From Acidobacteriota bacterium (GTDB taxonomy: Bacteria; Acidobacteriota; Vicinamibacteria; Vicinamibacterales; CAVVIG01), in the NCBI GenBank assembly GCA_028876655.1, contig JAGWRA010000176.1:7850-71849 (forward strand): DNA of 64,000 nucleotides, in the 5' to 3' direction. The position numbers and the translations under genes are program-made. The notes below the pieces were generated by a model. That model saw only the letters and a program-made list of their open reading frames with translations. It did no database searches and had not been told where the DNA came from. Shown in pieces: positions 19,401 through 34,400 of this stretch. Numbering within the stretch: position 1 is the stretch's first letter; the number at the start of each line of letters is the position of its first letter.

Positions 19401-22116
19401 GCGTACAGCCGCGGCAGCGACATCGACCTCGCGGCGCTGTCGCCGCAGGACCTCGACGAGTTCGTCGGCTTCCTCTACGACCGCTTCTTCGCGACGCGCG
19501 CGCTGCTCGGCACGCCGGAATCGTGCGTCGATCTGGTGCACGCCCTGCACGGCGCCGGCGTCGACGAGCTCGCCTGCCTGATCGACTTCGGGCCGCCCAC
19601 CGACCTGGTCCTCGAGAGCCTGCCGCACCTCGCCCGGCTGCGCGACCGCGTCAGCGGCGGACCGGCATGCGTGGCGCTCGCGCGGCCGGCCGAGCCGGTC
19701 AGCCGGATCCAGACACGGTGCGATCAGACGATGCCCGGCCCGGTCTTCTACCGCCGGCTGCACGATCGCGGGATCGCCTTCGGCGACGAGCTGCAGCGCG
19801 TCGACCGGTTCTGGCGCCGTGACGGCGAGGCCCTGGCCCGGCTGCGCGACGACCGGCCGGCCGGCACGACGGCCACGCTCGACGCCGCGCTGCAGGCGTT
19901 CGTGGCGGCGTTGCCCGCCGGCGCCTTCACCCGCGCGAGCGACGGCGTCTACGTCGCGACCAGCGCCGATCGCGTGGCGTTCGGCGAGGCCGCCGGACCG
20001 GCGGCCTGGAGCCACGCGACGATCACGCGCGGCAGCCTGGGCGACGACGAGATCTTCGCGGGCGACGTGACGCTGCTCGATCCTCACGAGGCCGTGGTCG
20101 CGCGCATCAGCGGCTTCCAGGTGCGCCGCGTCCGGCCGTCGGCCGCCGCGCGCCTCGCGGATGGAGGCGACCGCCTCGAGTCGTGGCTCTACAGCGTGCG
20201 CTGGCAGGCGGCCCCTCGCCACCCGGGCACGCCGGTCGCGGATGCCGCGCCGGGCCGCTGGCTGCTGCTCACCGACGAGGGTGGCGTCGGCGCCGCCCTG
20301 GCGGATCGGTTGCGCGTGACGGGCGACGACGTCGTCGAGGTGCACGCGGCCGGCGGAATCCCGATCGCGGCGGACGCCGCGGATCCCCTGTCGCCGGCGA
20401 CCTTCGATCGCCTCGTCCAGCGCGTCACAGCCGGATCGGGCCGCCTGAAGGGGGTGGTGCATCTGTGGAGCCTCGATGCGCCGCCGTCGTCCGGGCTGAC
20501 GCTCGACGCGCTGTCGGCCGCCGAGGCGTGCGGCTGCGGCGCGGCCGTCCACCTGGTGCAGGCCATGGTCCGGGCTGGCCTCGAGAGCCGGCTGTGGATC
20601 GTGACGCGTCAGGCGCAGGCGGCCGGCGACGACGCCGCGGATTGCGCGGTGGCGCAGGCGCCGATCTGGGGGCTCGGACGCGTCATCGCCGCCGAGCACC
20701 CCGATCTCTGGGGCGGCCAGCTCGATCTGCCGGCTGCCGGGACGAGCGCACCCGCCGACGCGATGGCGTGGCTCGTCGACGAGCTCACGCGGCCGGACGG
20801 CGAGGATCAGGTCGCGCTGCGGCACGGGGAGCGCCGGGTGGCGCGCCTGCTGCGGGCTCCGGCGCCCGAGCCGGACGCGGTGCGGTTCGAACCGGAGCAG
20901 CTCTACCTCATCACCGGCGGGCTCGGTGGCATCGGCCGGCGGATCGCCGGATGGATGGTGAGGCACGGCGCGACCGACCTGCTGCTGACGGGCCTGCACG
21001 ACCTGCCGGCCGGCGACGAGACGGCCGGCGCCGCCGCGCTTCCGGCCGACGTGCGCGAGCGGCTGGCGGTCATCCAGAGCCTGGAGGCGCAGGGGGCGCG
21101 CGTCCGGTACGTGCGCGCCGATGCCAGCGATCCGGCCGAGATGGCGGCGGTCGACGCGGCCATCGCCGCCGCGGATCGGCCGCTCGGCGGCATCATCCAC
21201 CTGGCGGGCGTGCCCGAGACGCGGACGATCGTCGAGCTCGACTTCGCGCGCGACCGGCGCGTGATGGCGCCGAAGGTGCGCGGCGCGTGGATCGTCCACG
21301 AGCTCTCGCGGCGCTGGCAGGCGGGCTTCCTGGTGGCCTTCTCGTCAATCTCGGCGGTGTGGGGATCGCGCGGTCAGCCGCTGTACGCCGCCGCGAATCA
21401 CTTCCTCGACGCGCTGACGGCGCACCGGCGGAGTCTCGGCCTGCGGACGCTGACGGTGAACTGGGGGCCGTGGGCCGAAGGCGGCATGGTGTCGGCCGAC
21501 GACCTGCAGCTGCTGGCGCGCATGGGGCTGCGGTCGATCGAGCCGGTCGACGGCACGGCCGCGCTCGGCCGCCTGCTGGCCTCCGGCCGATCGCAGCAGG
21601 TCGTGGCCAGCGTGGACTGGCCGCTCTTCCGCGACTTGTTCGAGTCGCGCGGTCCGCGGCCGCTGCTCGCGCAGGTCGAGACGCAGGACGCCGGAACGGG
21701 ACACGCGGCGGCCGTCACCGAGCTGGCGCGCGCCCTGGCGGCGGTCGCGGCGGACGAGCGCCTCCGGAGGCTCGTCGCGCACCTGCAGCAGCAGGTGGCC
21801 GCGGTGCTGGCGCTGCCGGGCGGCCGGCTGCCGGATCCGCGCACGGGGTTCTTCGAGATGGGCATGGACTCGCTGATGGCGCTGGATCTGAAGAAGCGGC
21901 TGCAGGCCGATTTCGGTCTGGAGCTGCGCGCCACGGTGGTCTTCAACTATCCGACCGTGCAGGCGCTGGCCGGCTTCCTGTCGGATCTCCTCGCCGCGCC
22001 GGCCTCGCCGCCGGCGCCCGCCGCACCGGCCGCGGTCGATCCCGAGTCGCTGTCGGAAGCCGAACTGGTGCGCCTGCTGGACGAGCAGCTCGAAGCGATC
22101 GATACGCCGGGGGAAC

Positions 22117-22124
<8 letters not shown>
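13413..22124 (+). CDS. Hybrid loading/PKS megasynthase: FAAL-ACP-KS-AT-DH(N half)-LLM-DH(C half)-KR-ACP
   Basis: 2903 aa. FAAL ([24 protein letters not shown], fatty-acyl-AMP-ligase-like N-terminus). ACP (FGLDSVT). KS ([51 protein letters not shown]). AT ([28 protein letters not shown], which indicates a malonyl-type AT). DH-like halves and an LLM insert are listed as separate features. KR ([21 protein letters not shown], no LDD motif). ACP ([12 protein letters not shown]). The stop overlaps the next start by 8 nt. Confidence 0.95.
18201..18570 (+). other. DH-like N-terminal hot-dog half (PKS module 1)
   Basis: Begins '[23 protein letters not shown]..', a variant of the HxxxGxxxxP motif, and runs about 120 aa to an Ala/Pro-rich linker. 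Confidence 0.45.
18615..19640 (+). other. Embedded luciferase-like monooxygenase (LLM; MupA/Atu3671-type natural-product LLM) domain, module 1
   Basis: Sequence reads '[114 protein letters not shown]...[26 protein letters not shown]...[21 protein letters not shown]'. This is the conserved pattern of FMN-dependent LLM domains found in NRPS/PKS proteins. Confidence 0.85.
19731..20135 (+). other. DH-like C-terminal hot-dog half (PKS module 1)
   Basis: '[17 protein letters not shown]' is a degenerate GxxYGPxF motif. 'LDAALQAF' matches the DxxxQ/H motif. The segment ends '..ISGFQVRRV' before the KR structural subdomain. Confidence 0.45.
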
Positions 22125-28029
<5,905 letters not shown>

Positions 28030-28037
28030 GTTCGCCG

Positions 28038-31000
28038 ATGACCAGGCACGATCAGACCACCGGCGACGAGGCCCGGGCCCGCGAGGCGTTGTTCGAGCTC
28101 CTGTTGCGCGAGCGTGGCTTCGGCACGGACGGTCCCGCGGGCATCCGGCCGCGCGGCGGCACCGGTCCGGCGCCGCTGTCGTTCGCGCAGCAGCGCCTGT
28201 GGTTCCTCGACCAGCTCGAACCCGGGAACGCCGTGTACAACGTGCCGGGCGTGCTCCGCCTCACGGGCGCGCTCGACGCCGCGGCGCTCGGCCGCGCGCT
28301 GAACCGGATCGTCGCGCGGCACGAGGTCCTGCGCGTGCGGTGCGCGGAGGCCGACGGCCAGCCGTCGCAGGTTCCGCTCGACCTCGTCCTGACCCTGGCC
28401 GAAGAGGATCTGTCGAGCCTGGCGCCCGCGGTGCGCGAGGCGCGCATCCGCGAACGGGCCGCGGCCGAGGCCGACCGCCCGTTCGATCTGGCGCGCCCGC
28501 CCTACCTGCGGGCCACCCTGCTCCGTCTCGGCCCCGCCGATCACCTGCTGCTGTTCACGATGCACCACATCGTCAGCGACCAGTGGTCGCTCGGCATCCT
28601 CGCCGGCGAGCTGGCGGCGTTCTACGAGGAGGAAACGGGCGGCACGGCAGCGGCGCTGCCGGCGCTGGACCTCCAGTACACCGATTACGCCGCCTGGCAG
28701 CAGGAGTGGCGCACGAGCGCGGCCTTCGCCCAGCAGCTCGCCTGGTGGCGCAATCGCCTCCAGGGGTTGACGCCGCTGGAACTGCCGGCCGACCATCCGC
28801 GTCCGGCGGAGGCGTCGTTCCGCGGCGCCTCCCGGCACTTCACGATCGACGCCGCGCGCCGTGCGGCCGTCGAGCGGCTCGGCCAGACCGCCGACGCAAC
28901 GCCGTTCATGACGCTGCTCGCGGCGTTCCAGGTGCTGCTCTACCGGCTGACGCGCCAGGGCGACGTGGCGATCGGCACGCCGGTGGCGAACCGGTCGCAG
29001 GCCCAGCTGCAGCATCTCATCGGCTTCTTCACCAACACGCTCGTGATGCGGGCGTCGGTGGACGGTCACGCGTCGTTCCGCCGGCAGCTCGCCGAGGTCC
29101 GGCGCACCTGCCTCGACGCCTACGCGAACCAGGAGCTGCCGTTCGAGGCGCTGGTCGAGGCGCTCCAGCCGCGCCGCGAGCTGAACCGCCATCCGCTGTT
29201 CGACGTCCTCTTCGTCCTGCAGGCGCCGCTGCCGTCGCTTCGCATGCCCGGGGTAGAGGCCCGCTTCGTCGAGCAGGACACGACCACGTCGAAGTTCGAT
29301 CTGACGCTGACGCTGCGCGAGTCGGCGGCCGGCTGGGAGGGCTGGGTCGAGTACCGCACCGATCTCTTCGAAGCGGCGACCATCAACGGCTTCATCGATC
29401 GCTTCGCGCGGCTGCTCGACGCGGTCGTCGCGGCGCCCGACGCGGCCATCGACGACCTGCCGCTGATGTCGGCGGACGAGCGGCAGCGGGTGCTGGCGGG
29501 CTTCAACGACACGGCGGAGGCGTTCGACGGCGACGGCCTCGTGCACGGACTCTTCGAGCGGCAGGTCGAGCGGACACCGGACGCCGTCGCCCTGGTCTGC
29601 GGCGAGCAGCGGCTGACCTACGCCGCGCTGAATGCGCGCGCCAACCGGCTAGCGCACCTCCTGCAGGCCGCCGGTGTGCGGCCGGACGTGCCGGTCGGCA
29701 TCTGCCTCGACCGGTCGGTCGAGACGATCGTCTCCGTGCTCGCCGTGCTGAAGGCCGGCGGCGCCTACCTGCCGCTCGATCCCGGCTATCCGGTCGACCG
29801 GCTCGCCTTCATGCTGCGGGACGCCGGCGCGCGTCTGCTGCTCGTCCATCGCGCGACGCGCGGCCTGCTGCCGCCCGACCCGGACGTCCGCGTCCTCGAC
29901 CTCGACGAACTGGCCGCCGATCTCGCAGGCCGCCCGGCGGAGAACCCGTCGAGCCCCGTGACGCGCCATCACCTGCTGTACTTCATGTACACGTCGGGAT
30001 CGACTGGCCGTCCGAAGGGGGCGACGCTCAGCCATCACGCCCTGCACAACCTGATCCGCTGGCACCTGGCGACGCTGCTGAACGGGGCCGCCACGCTGCA
30101 GTTCGCGCCGCTCAGCTTCGACGCGAGCTTCCACGAGATCTTCGCGGCGCTCGGAAGCGGCGGGGCGCTGCACCTGATCGCGGAGACCGAGCGCCTCGAC
30201 CTCGACGCGCTGGCCGGGCACCTGCAGGCGGCACGCATCGCCAAGGTCATCCTGCCGGTGGTCGTCTTCCAGCAGCTCGCCGCGGCGTACCGGGATCGTC
30301 CGGCCCCGTTCGCCGCGCTGCGGGAGATCATGGTCACCGGCGAGCAGCTGCTCCTGACGCCGGCCATCCTGGACTTCTGCCGGCAGCTGCCGCACTGCCG
30401 GCTCCACAACCACTACGGGCCGTCCGAAGCGCACGTGGTGACCAGCTATACCTACGACGAGCCGCCGGCCGCGCTGCTGCCGCCGCCCCCGATCGGCCGG
30501 CCCATCGCCAATACGCAGATCTACCTGCTCGACGACCGGCTGAACCCGGTGCCCGTCGGGATCACCGCCGAGCTGTACATCGGCGGCGCCAACCTCGCGC
30601 GCGACTACCACCATCGGCCTGACCTCACGGCGGAGCGATTCGTGCCCGATCCGTTCGCTGCGGCACCGGGCGCGAGGCTGTACCGGACGGGCGACCTCGC
30701 GCGATGGCTGCCCGACGGCAACATCGAGTACCTCGGGCGCCGCGATCAACAGGTGAAGATCCGCGGCTTCCGCGTGGAGCCGGGCGAGGTCGAGACGCTG
30801 ATCGGCGAGCACCCCGACGTGGCCCAGGCCGCGGTCGTGGTGCGCGAGGTCGTGCCCGGCGAGAAGAGCCTGGTCGCCTTCATCGTCTGGGCCGAGGGCC
30901 GGCGCGGCACGTGGGAGGCGCTGCGCGATTTCGTCGCCTCACGGCTGCCGGCCTATCTCGTGCCGTCGTTCTTCGTGGAACTGCCGGCGCTGCCGCTGAC

Positions 31001-31406
31001 GCCGAGCGGCAAGATCGAGCGCCGATCGCTGCCGGCACCGTCGGCCCGCGACCTGCGCGCCGAATTCGTCGAGCCCCGCACGGCGACGGCACGCTGGCTC
31101 GCGTCCGTGTGGGCGGAGCTGCTGGGCGTCGAACGGGTCGGGGTCCGGGACAACTTCTTCGAGCTCGGGGGGCACTCGCTGCTGACCACGCGCCTCGTCT
31201 CGCGCGTCCGTCAATCGCTGCAGATCGACGTGCCGCTGCGGCTGGCCTTCGAGCAGCCGACCATCGAGGGCTTCGCGCACGGCCTCGCCGCCCGCTGCGG
31301 CGGCGCCGGCGTGCTGGACACGATCGTCGAGACGTTCCAGCAGGTCGAGACCCTGTCCGACGAACAGGCCAGCGCGCTGCTGTCGGACCTGCAGGAGCCG
31401 CAGTAG
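28038..31406 (+). CDS. NRPS module C-A-T (unassigned A-domain specificity)
   Basis: The track ORF 27381..31406 is over-extended into the upstream PKS. The in-frame ATG at 28038 sits 8 nt after the PKS stop and gives 1122 aa. C domain (LSFAQQRLWFLDQLEPGNAVYNVP, 'HHIVSDQ'). A domain ([70 protein letters not shown]). PCP ([12 protein letters not shown]). Code extracted by eye is DAHIMTHVVK. Confidence 0.95.
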   Translation: MTRHDQTTGDEARAREALFELLLRERGFGTDGPAGIRPRGGTGPAPLSFAQQRLWFLDQLEPGNAVYNVPGVLRLTGALDAAALGRALNRIVARHEVLRVRCAEADGQPSQVPLDLVLTLAEEDLSSLAPAVREARIRERAAAEADRPFDLARPPYLRATLLRLGPADHLLLFTMHHIVSDQWSLGILAGELAAFYEEETGGTAAALPALDLQYTDYAAWQQEWRTSAAFAQQLAWWRNRLQGLTPLELPADHPRPAEASFRGASRHFTIDAARRAAVERLGQTADATPFMTLLAAFQVLLYRLTRQGDVAIGTPVANRSQAQLQHLIGFFTNTLVMRASVDGHASFRRQLAEVRRTCLDAYANQELPFEALVEALQPRRELNRHPLFDVLFVLQAPLPSLRMPGVEARFVEQDTTTSKFDLTLTLRESAAGWEGWVEYRTDLFEAATINGFIDRFARLLDAVVAAPDAAIDDLPLMSADERQRVLAGFNDTAEAFDGDGLVHGLFERQVERTPDAVALVCGEQRLTYAALNARANRLAHLLQAAGVRPDVPVGICLDRSVETIVSVLAVLKAGGAYLPLDPGYPVDRLAFMLRDAGARLLLVHRATRGLLPPDPDVRVLDLDELAADLAGRPAENPSSPVTRHHLLYFMYTSGSTGRPKGATLSHHALHNLIRWHLATLLNGAATLQFAPLSFDASFHEIFAALGSGGALHLIAETERLDLDALAGHLQAARIAKVILPVVVFQQLAAAYRDRPAPFAALREIMVTGEQLLLTPAILDFCRQLPHCRLHNHYGPSEAHVVTSYTYDEPPAALLPPPPIGRPIANTQIYLLDDRLNPVPVGITAELYIGGANLARDYHHRPDLTAERFVPDPFAAAPGARLYRTGDLARWLPDGNIEYLGRRDQQVKIRGFRVEPGEVETLIGEHPDVAQAAVVVREVVPGEKSLVAFIVWAEGRRGTWEALRDFVASRLPAYLVPSFFVELPALPLTPSGKIERRSLPAPSARDLRAEFVEPRTATARWLASVWAELLGVERVGVRDNFFELGGHSLLTTRLVSRVRQSLQIDVPLRLAFEQPTIEGFAHGLAARCGGAGVLDTIVETFQQVETLSDEQASALLSDLQEPQ

Positions 31407-31411
31407 ACGCG

Positions 31412-34400
31412 ATGCCCCCGCGTCCCCCAGTCGATCGGCAGGCCCTCCTCGCGCGACTGCTCGCGCAGAAGGGGATCCGTGTCGGCGGTCCCGGCGTCAT
31501 CCCGCGCCGTCCGCCCGGCACCCCACCCGTCCTGTCCTTCGCCCAGCAGCGCCTCTGGTTCGTCCAGCACCTCGAACCGGCGAGCACGGCGTATCACCTG
31601 ACCCAGGCGATCCGCCTGCGCGGGCCGCTGCAGGTCGACGTCCTCGACCGCGCGATGGCGACGATTGCCGCGCGGCACGATGCCCTGCGCATGGCGTTCC
31701 CGGAACGCGACGGCCACGGGACCGTGGTCGTCGAGCCGGCACGATCGTCCGTGCTGGAAGTCGTCGACCTCGCAGACGTGCCGGCCGACGGGCGCGACGC
31801 CGAGATCGCCCGCCTCACGCACGACACCTTCGAGCGGCCGTTCGATCTGGCGGTACCACCGCTCTGGCGGGCTCGCCTGATCGGACTCGGCGATGTCGAT
31901 CGCCTGCTGCTGCTCTGCGCGCACCACATCGCCCTCGACGGCTGGTCGCTCGGGCTGTTCATGCGCGAGCTGACGGCGCTGTACGCCGCCTACGCGGCAG
32001 GGCGGCCGTCGCCGCTGCCCGACCTGTCGATCGACTACGCCGACTACGCGGCGTGGCAGCGCGCGCGCGCCGGACAGGGGGCCTGGCAGGACGACCTGGC
32101 CTGGTGGGCCGCACGGCTCGCCGACGTGCCGGCGCTCGAACTGCCCTCCGATCGGCCACGCCAGCCGACCACGTCCGCGGCGGGCGCCATCCGTCGCTTC
32201 CTGCTGCCGGCCGATCTCGTCGGCGCGGTCCGCGAACTCGCCCGCCAGGAGGACGCCACGCCGTTCATGGTGCTGATGGCGGGCTTCCAGGTGCTGCTGC
32301 AGCGCCAGACCGGCCAGACGGACTTCGCGGTCGGGACGCCGAGCGCCAACCGGGAGCGGCCCGAGATCGAACAGGCGATCGGCCTGTTCGCCAACATGCT
32401 GGCGCTGCGGGCCGATGTCAGCGGCACGCCGACCTTCCGCGACCTGATCCGCCGCACGCGCCGGACGGCCGCCGAGGCGTACGCCCATCAGGAGCCGCCG
32501 TTCGAGCGGATCGTCGAGCGCGTGCAGCCCGAACGGACGCCGGGCCGGCATCCGATCTTCCAGGTCGCGCTGACGCTGCAGAACACGCCGCCCGCGCGCT
32601 GGGAGATTCCCGGCGTCGCGCTCGACGTCCTGCCACCGGAGGTGCATGGCGCGAAGTTCGACCTGACCGTGGCGCTCGACGAGCAGGACGGCGGTCTCGC
32701 CGGCACCGCCGAGTACCGCACGGCGCTCTTCGACGCCGGCACGATCGATCGGCTGATGGAGCGGTTCGCAATCGTCCTGCGTGCCGCCACCACCGAACCG
32801 GATCGCCCGGTGACCGACCTGCCGGTCCTCACCGCGGCCGAGCAGGCGCAGTTGCGGATGCCATCACGCACCGCGGCGGCGCCCGTGGATCTCCGATCGC
32901 TGCACGAGCGATTCACGGCACAGGCGCGCCGGACCCCGGATGCGGTCGCGCTCACCTGTGGCGACCAGGCGATCGCGTACGGCGCGCTGGATGCGCGCGC
33001 GGACCGGCTCGCCGCGCGGCTCGCCGCCGCCGGCGTGCGCGCCGAGACGCGTGTGCCGCGGTTCCTCGATCGCACGCCATCGATGATCGTCGCCATCCTG
33101 GCCGTGCTGAAGGCCGGCGGCGCCTACGTGCCGATCGATCCGGCCTATCCGGCCGACCGCATCGCGTTCGTCCTTGCCGACTGCGGTGCCAGCCTCCTCC
33201 TCACCGAGCGCCCCCTGAAGGACCGCCTGCCGGACACGCCAGTCGCCGTGCACTGCCTGGAAGACTGGATGGACGAGCCGGCCGGGCCGGCGGCCGGCCG
33301 TCCGTTCCAGCCGATCGCCGTCGCACCCGCGCAGGCCGCCTACGTGATCTACACCTCGGGCTCCACCGGCCAGCCCAAGGGCGTCGTCGTGTCGCATGCG
33401 AACGCCGGCCGGCTCTTCGACGCCACCCGCTCCTGGTTCGACTTCGGCCCGGACGATGTCTGGACGCTGTTCCATTCGTACGCGTTCGACTTCTCGGTGT
33501 GGGAGATCTGGGGCGCCCTGCTCTTCGGCGGCCGTCTCGTCGTCGTCCCGTACTGGGTGAGCCGCTCGGTCGACCAGTTCTATCAGCTCCTCGCCGACGA
33601 AGGGGTGACGGTGCTGAACCAGACGCCGTCGGCCTTCGCGCAGCTCGTGAGCTACGAAGGATCGCTGCCGGCCCCGGCCGATCTCCGGCTGCGCTTCGTC
33701 GTCTTCGGCGGCGAGGCGCTGGAGTTGCAGGCGCTCGCGCCCTGGTTCGCGCGGCATGGCGACGAGCGGCCGCGCCTCGTGAACATGTACGGCATCACGG
33801 AGACGACCGTCCACGTGACGTACCGTCCGATCACCGCCGCCGACGTCGCGGCGGGCGCGGGGAGCGTGATCGGCGAGCCGATCCCGGACCTGCACATCGT
33901 GCTGCTGGATGCCCGCCTGAACCCGGTGCCGGCCGGCGCGACCGGCGAGATCTTCGTCGGCGGCGCCGGCGTGGCCCGCGGCTATCTCGGCCGCCCCGGC
34001 CTCACGGCCGAGCGCTTCGTCCCCGATCCGTTCGGCCCGCCGGGCGCGGTGCTGTACCGGTCGGGGGACCTCGCGCGCCGGCGGTCGGATGGCGACCTCG
34101 AGTACCTGGGGCGCGCGGACCACCAGGTGAAGATCCGGGGCTTCCGGATCGAGCTCGGCGAGATCGAGTCCACGCTCGCGCGCCATCCAGCCGTCGCCCA
34201 GGCCGTCGTCGTCAGCCGTCGTGACGGCGCCGGCGATCGGCTGGCCGCCTACGTCGTGCCGCGCGGGACGGAGCGGCCGTCGGCGAGCGCGCTGCGCGAC
34301 TTCCTGCTGGCCTCGCTCCCCGACTACATGGCGCCGGCCGCCTTCGTCACGCTCGACGCGCTGCCGTTGACGCCGCACGGCAAGGTGGATCGCCGCGCGC

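Noticed and set aside
13518-21299. 2593-aa minus-strand ORF antisense to the FAAL-PKS gene. Similar giant antisense or off-frame ORFs occur at 9884..13546(+), 13901..17824(+), 23611..27873(-), 32864..42898(-), 43184..45577(-), 45623..48631(-), 55058..59302(+), 4335..6866(+) and 4429..6681(-).
   Set aside because: Their translations are Arg/Ala/Gly/Pro/Asp-rich low-complexity strings with no recognisable motifs. The opposite-strand or other-frame ORFs carry complete canonical KS/AT/KR/C/A/T/E/HK motifs. Stop-codon-poor alternative frames are expected at this GC content.
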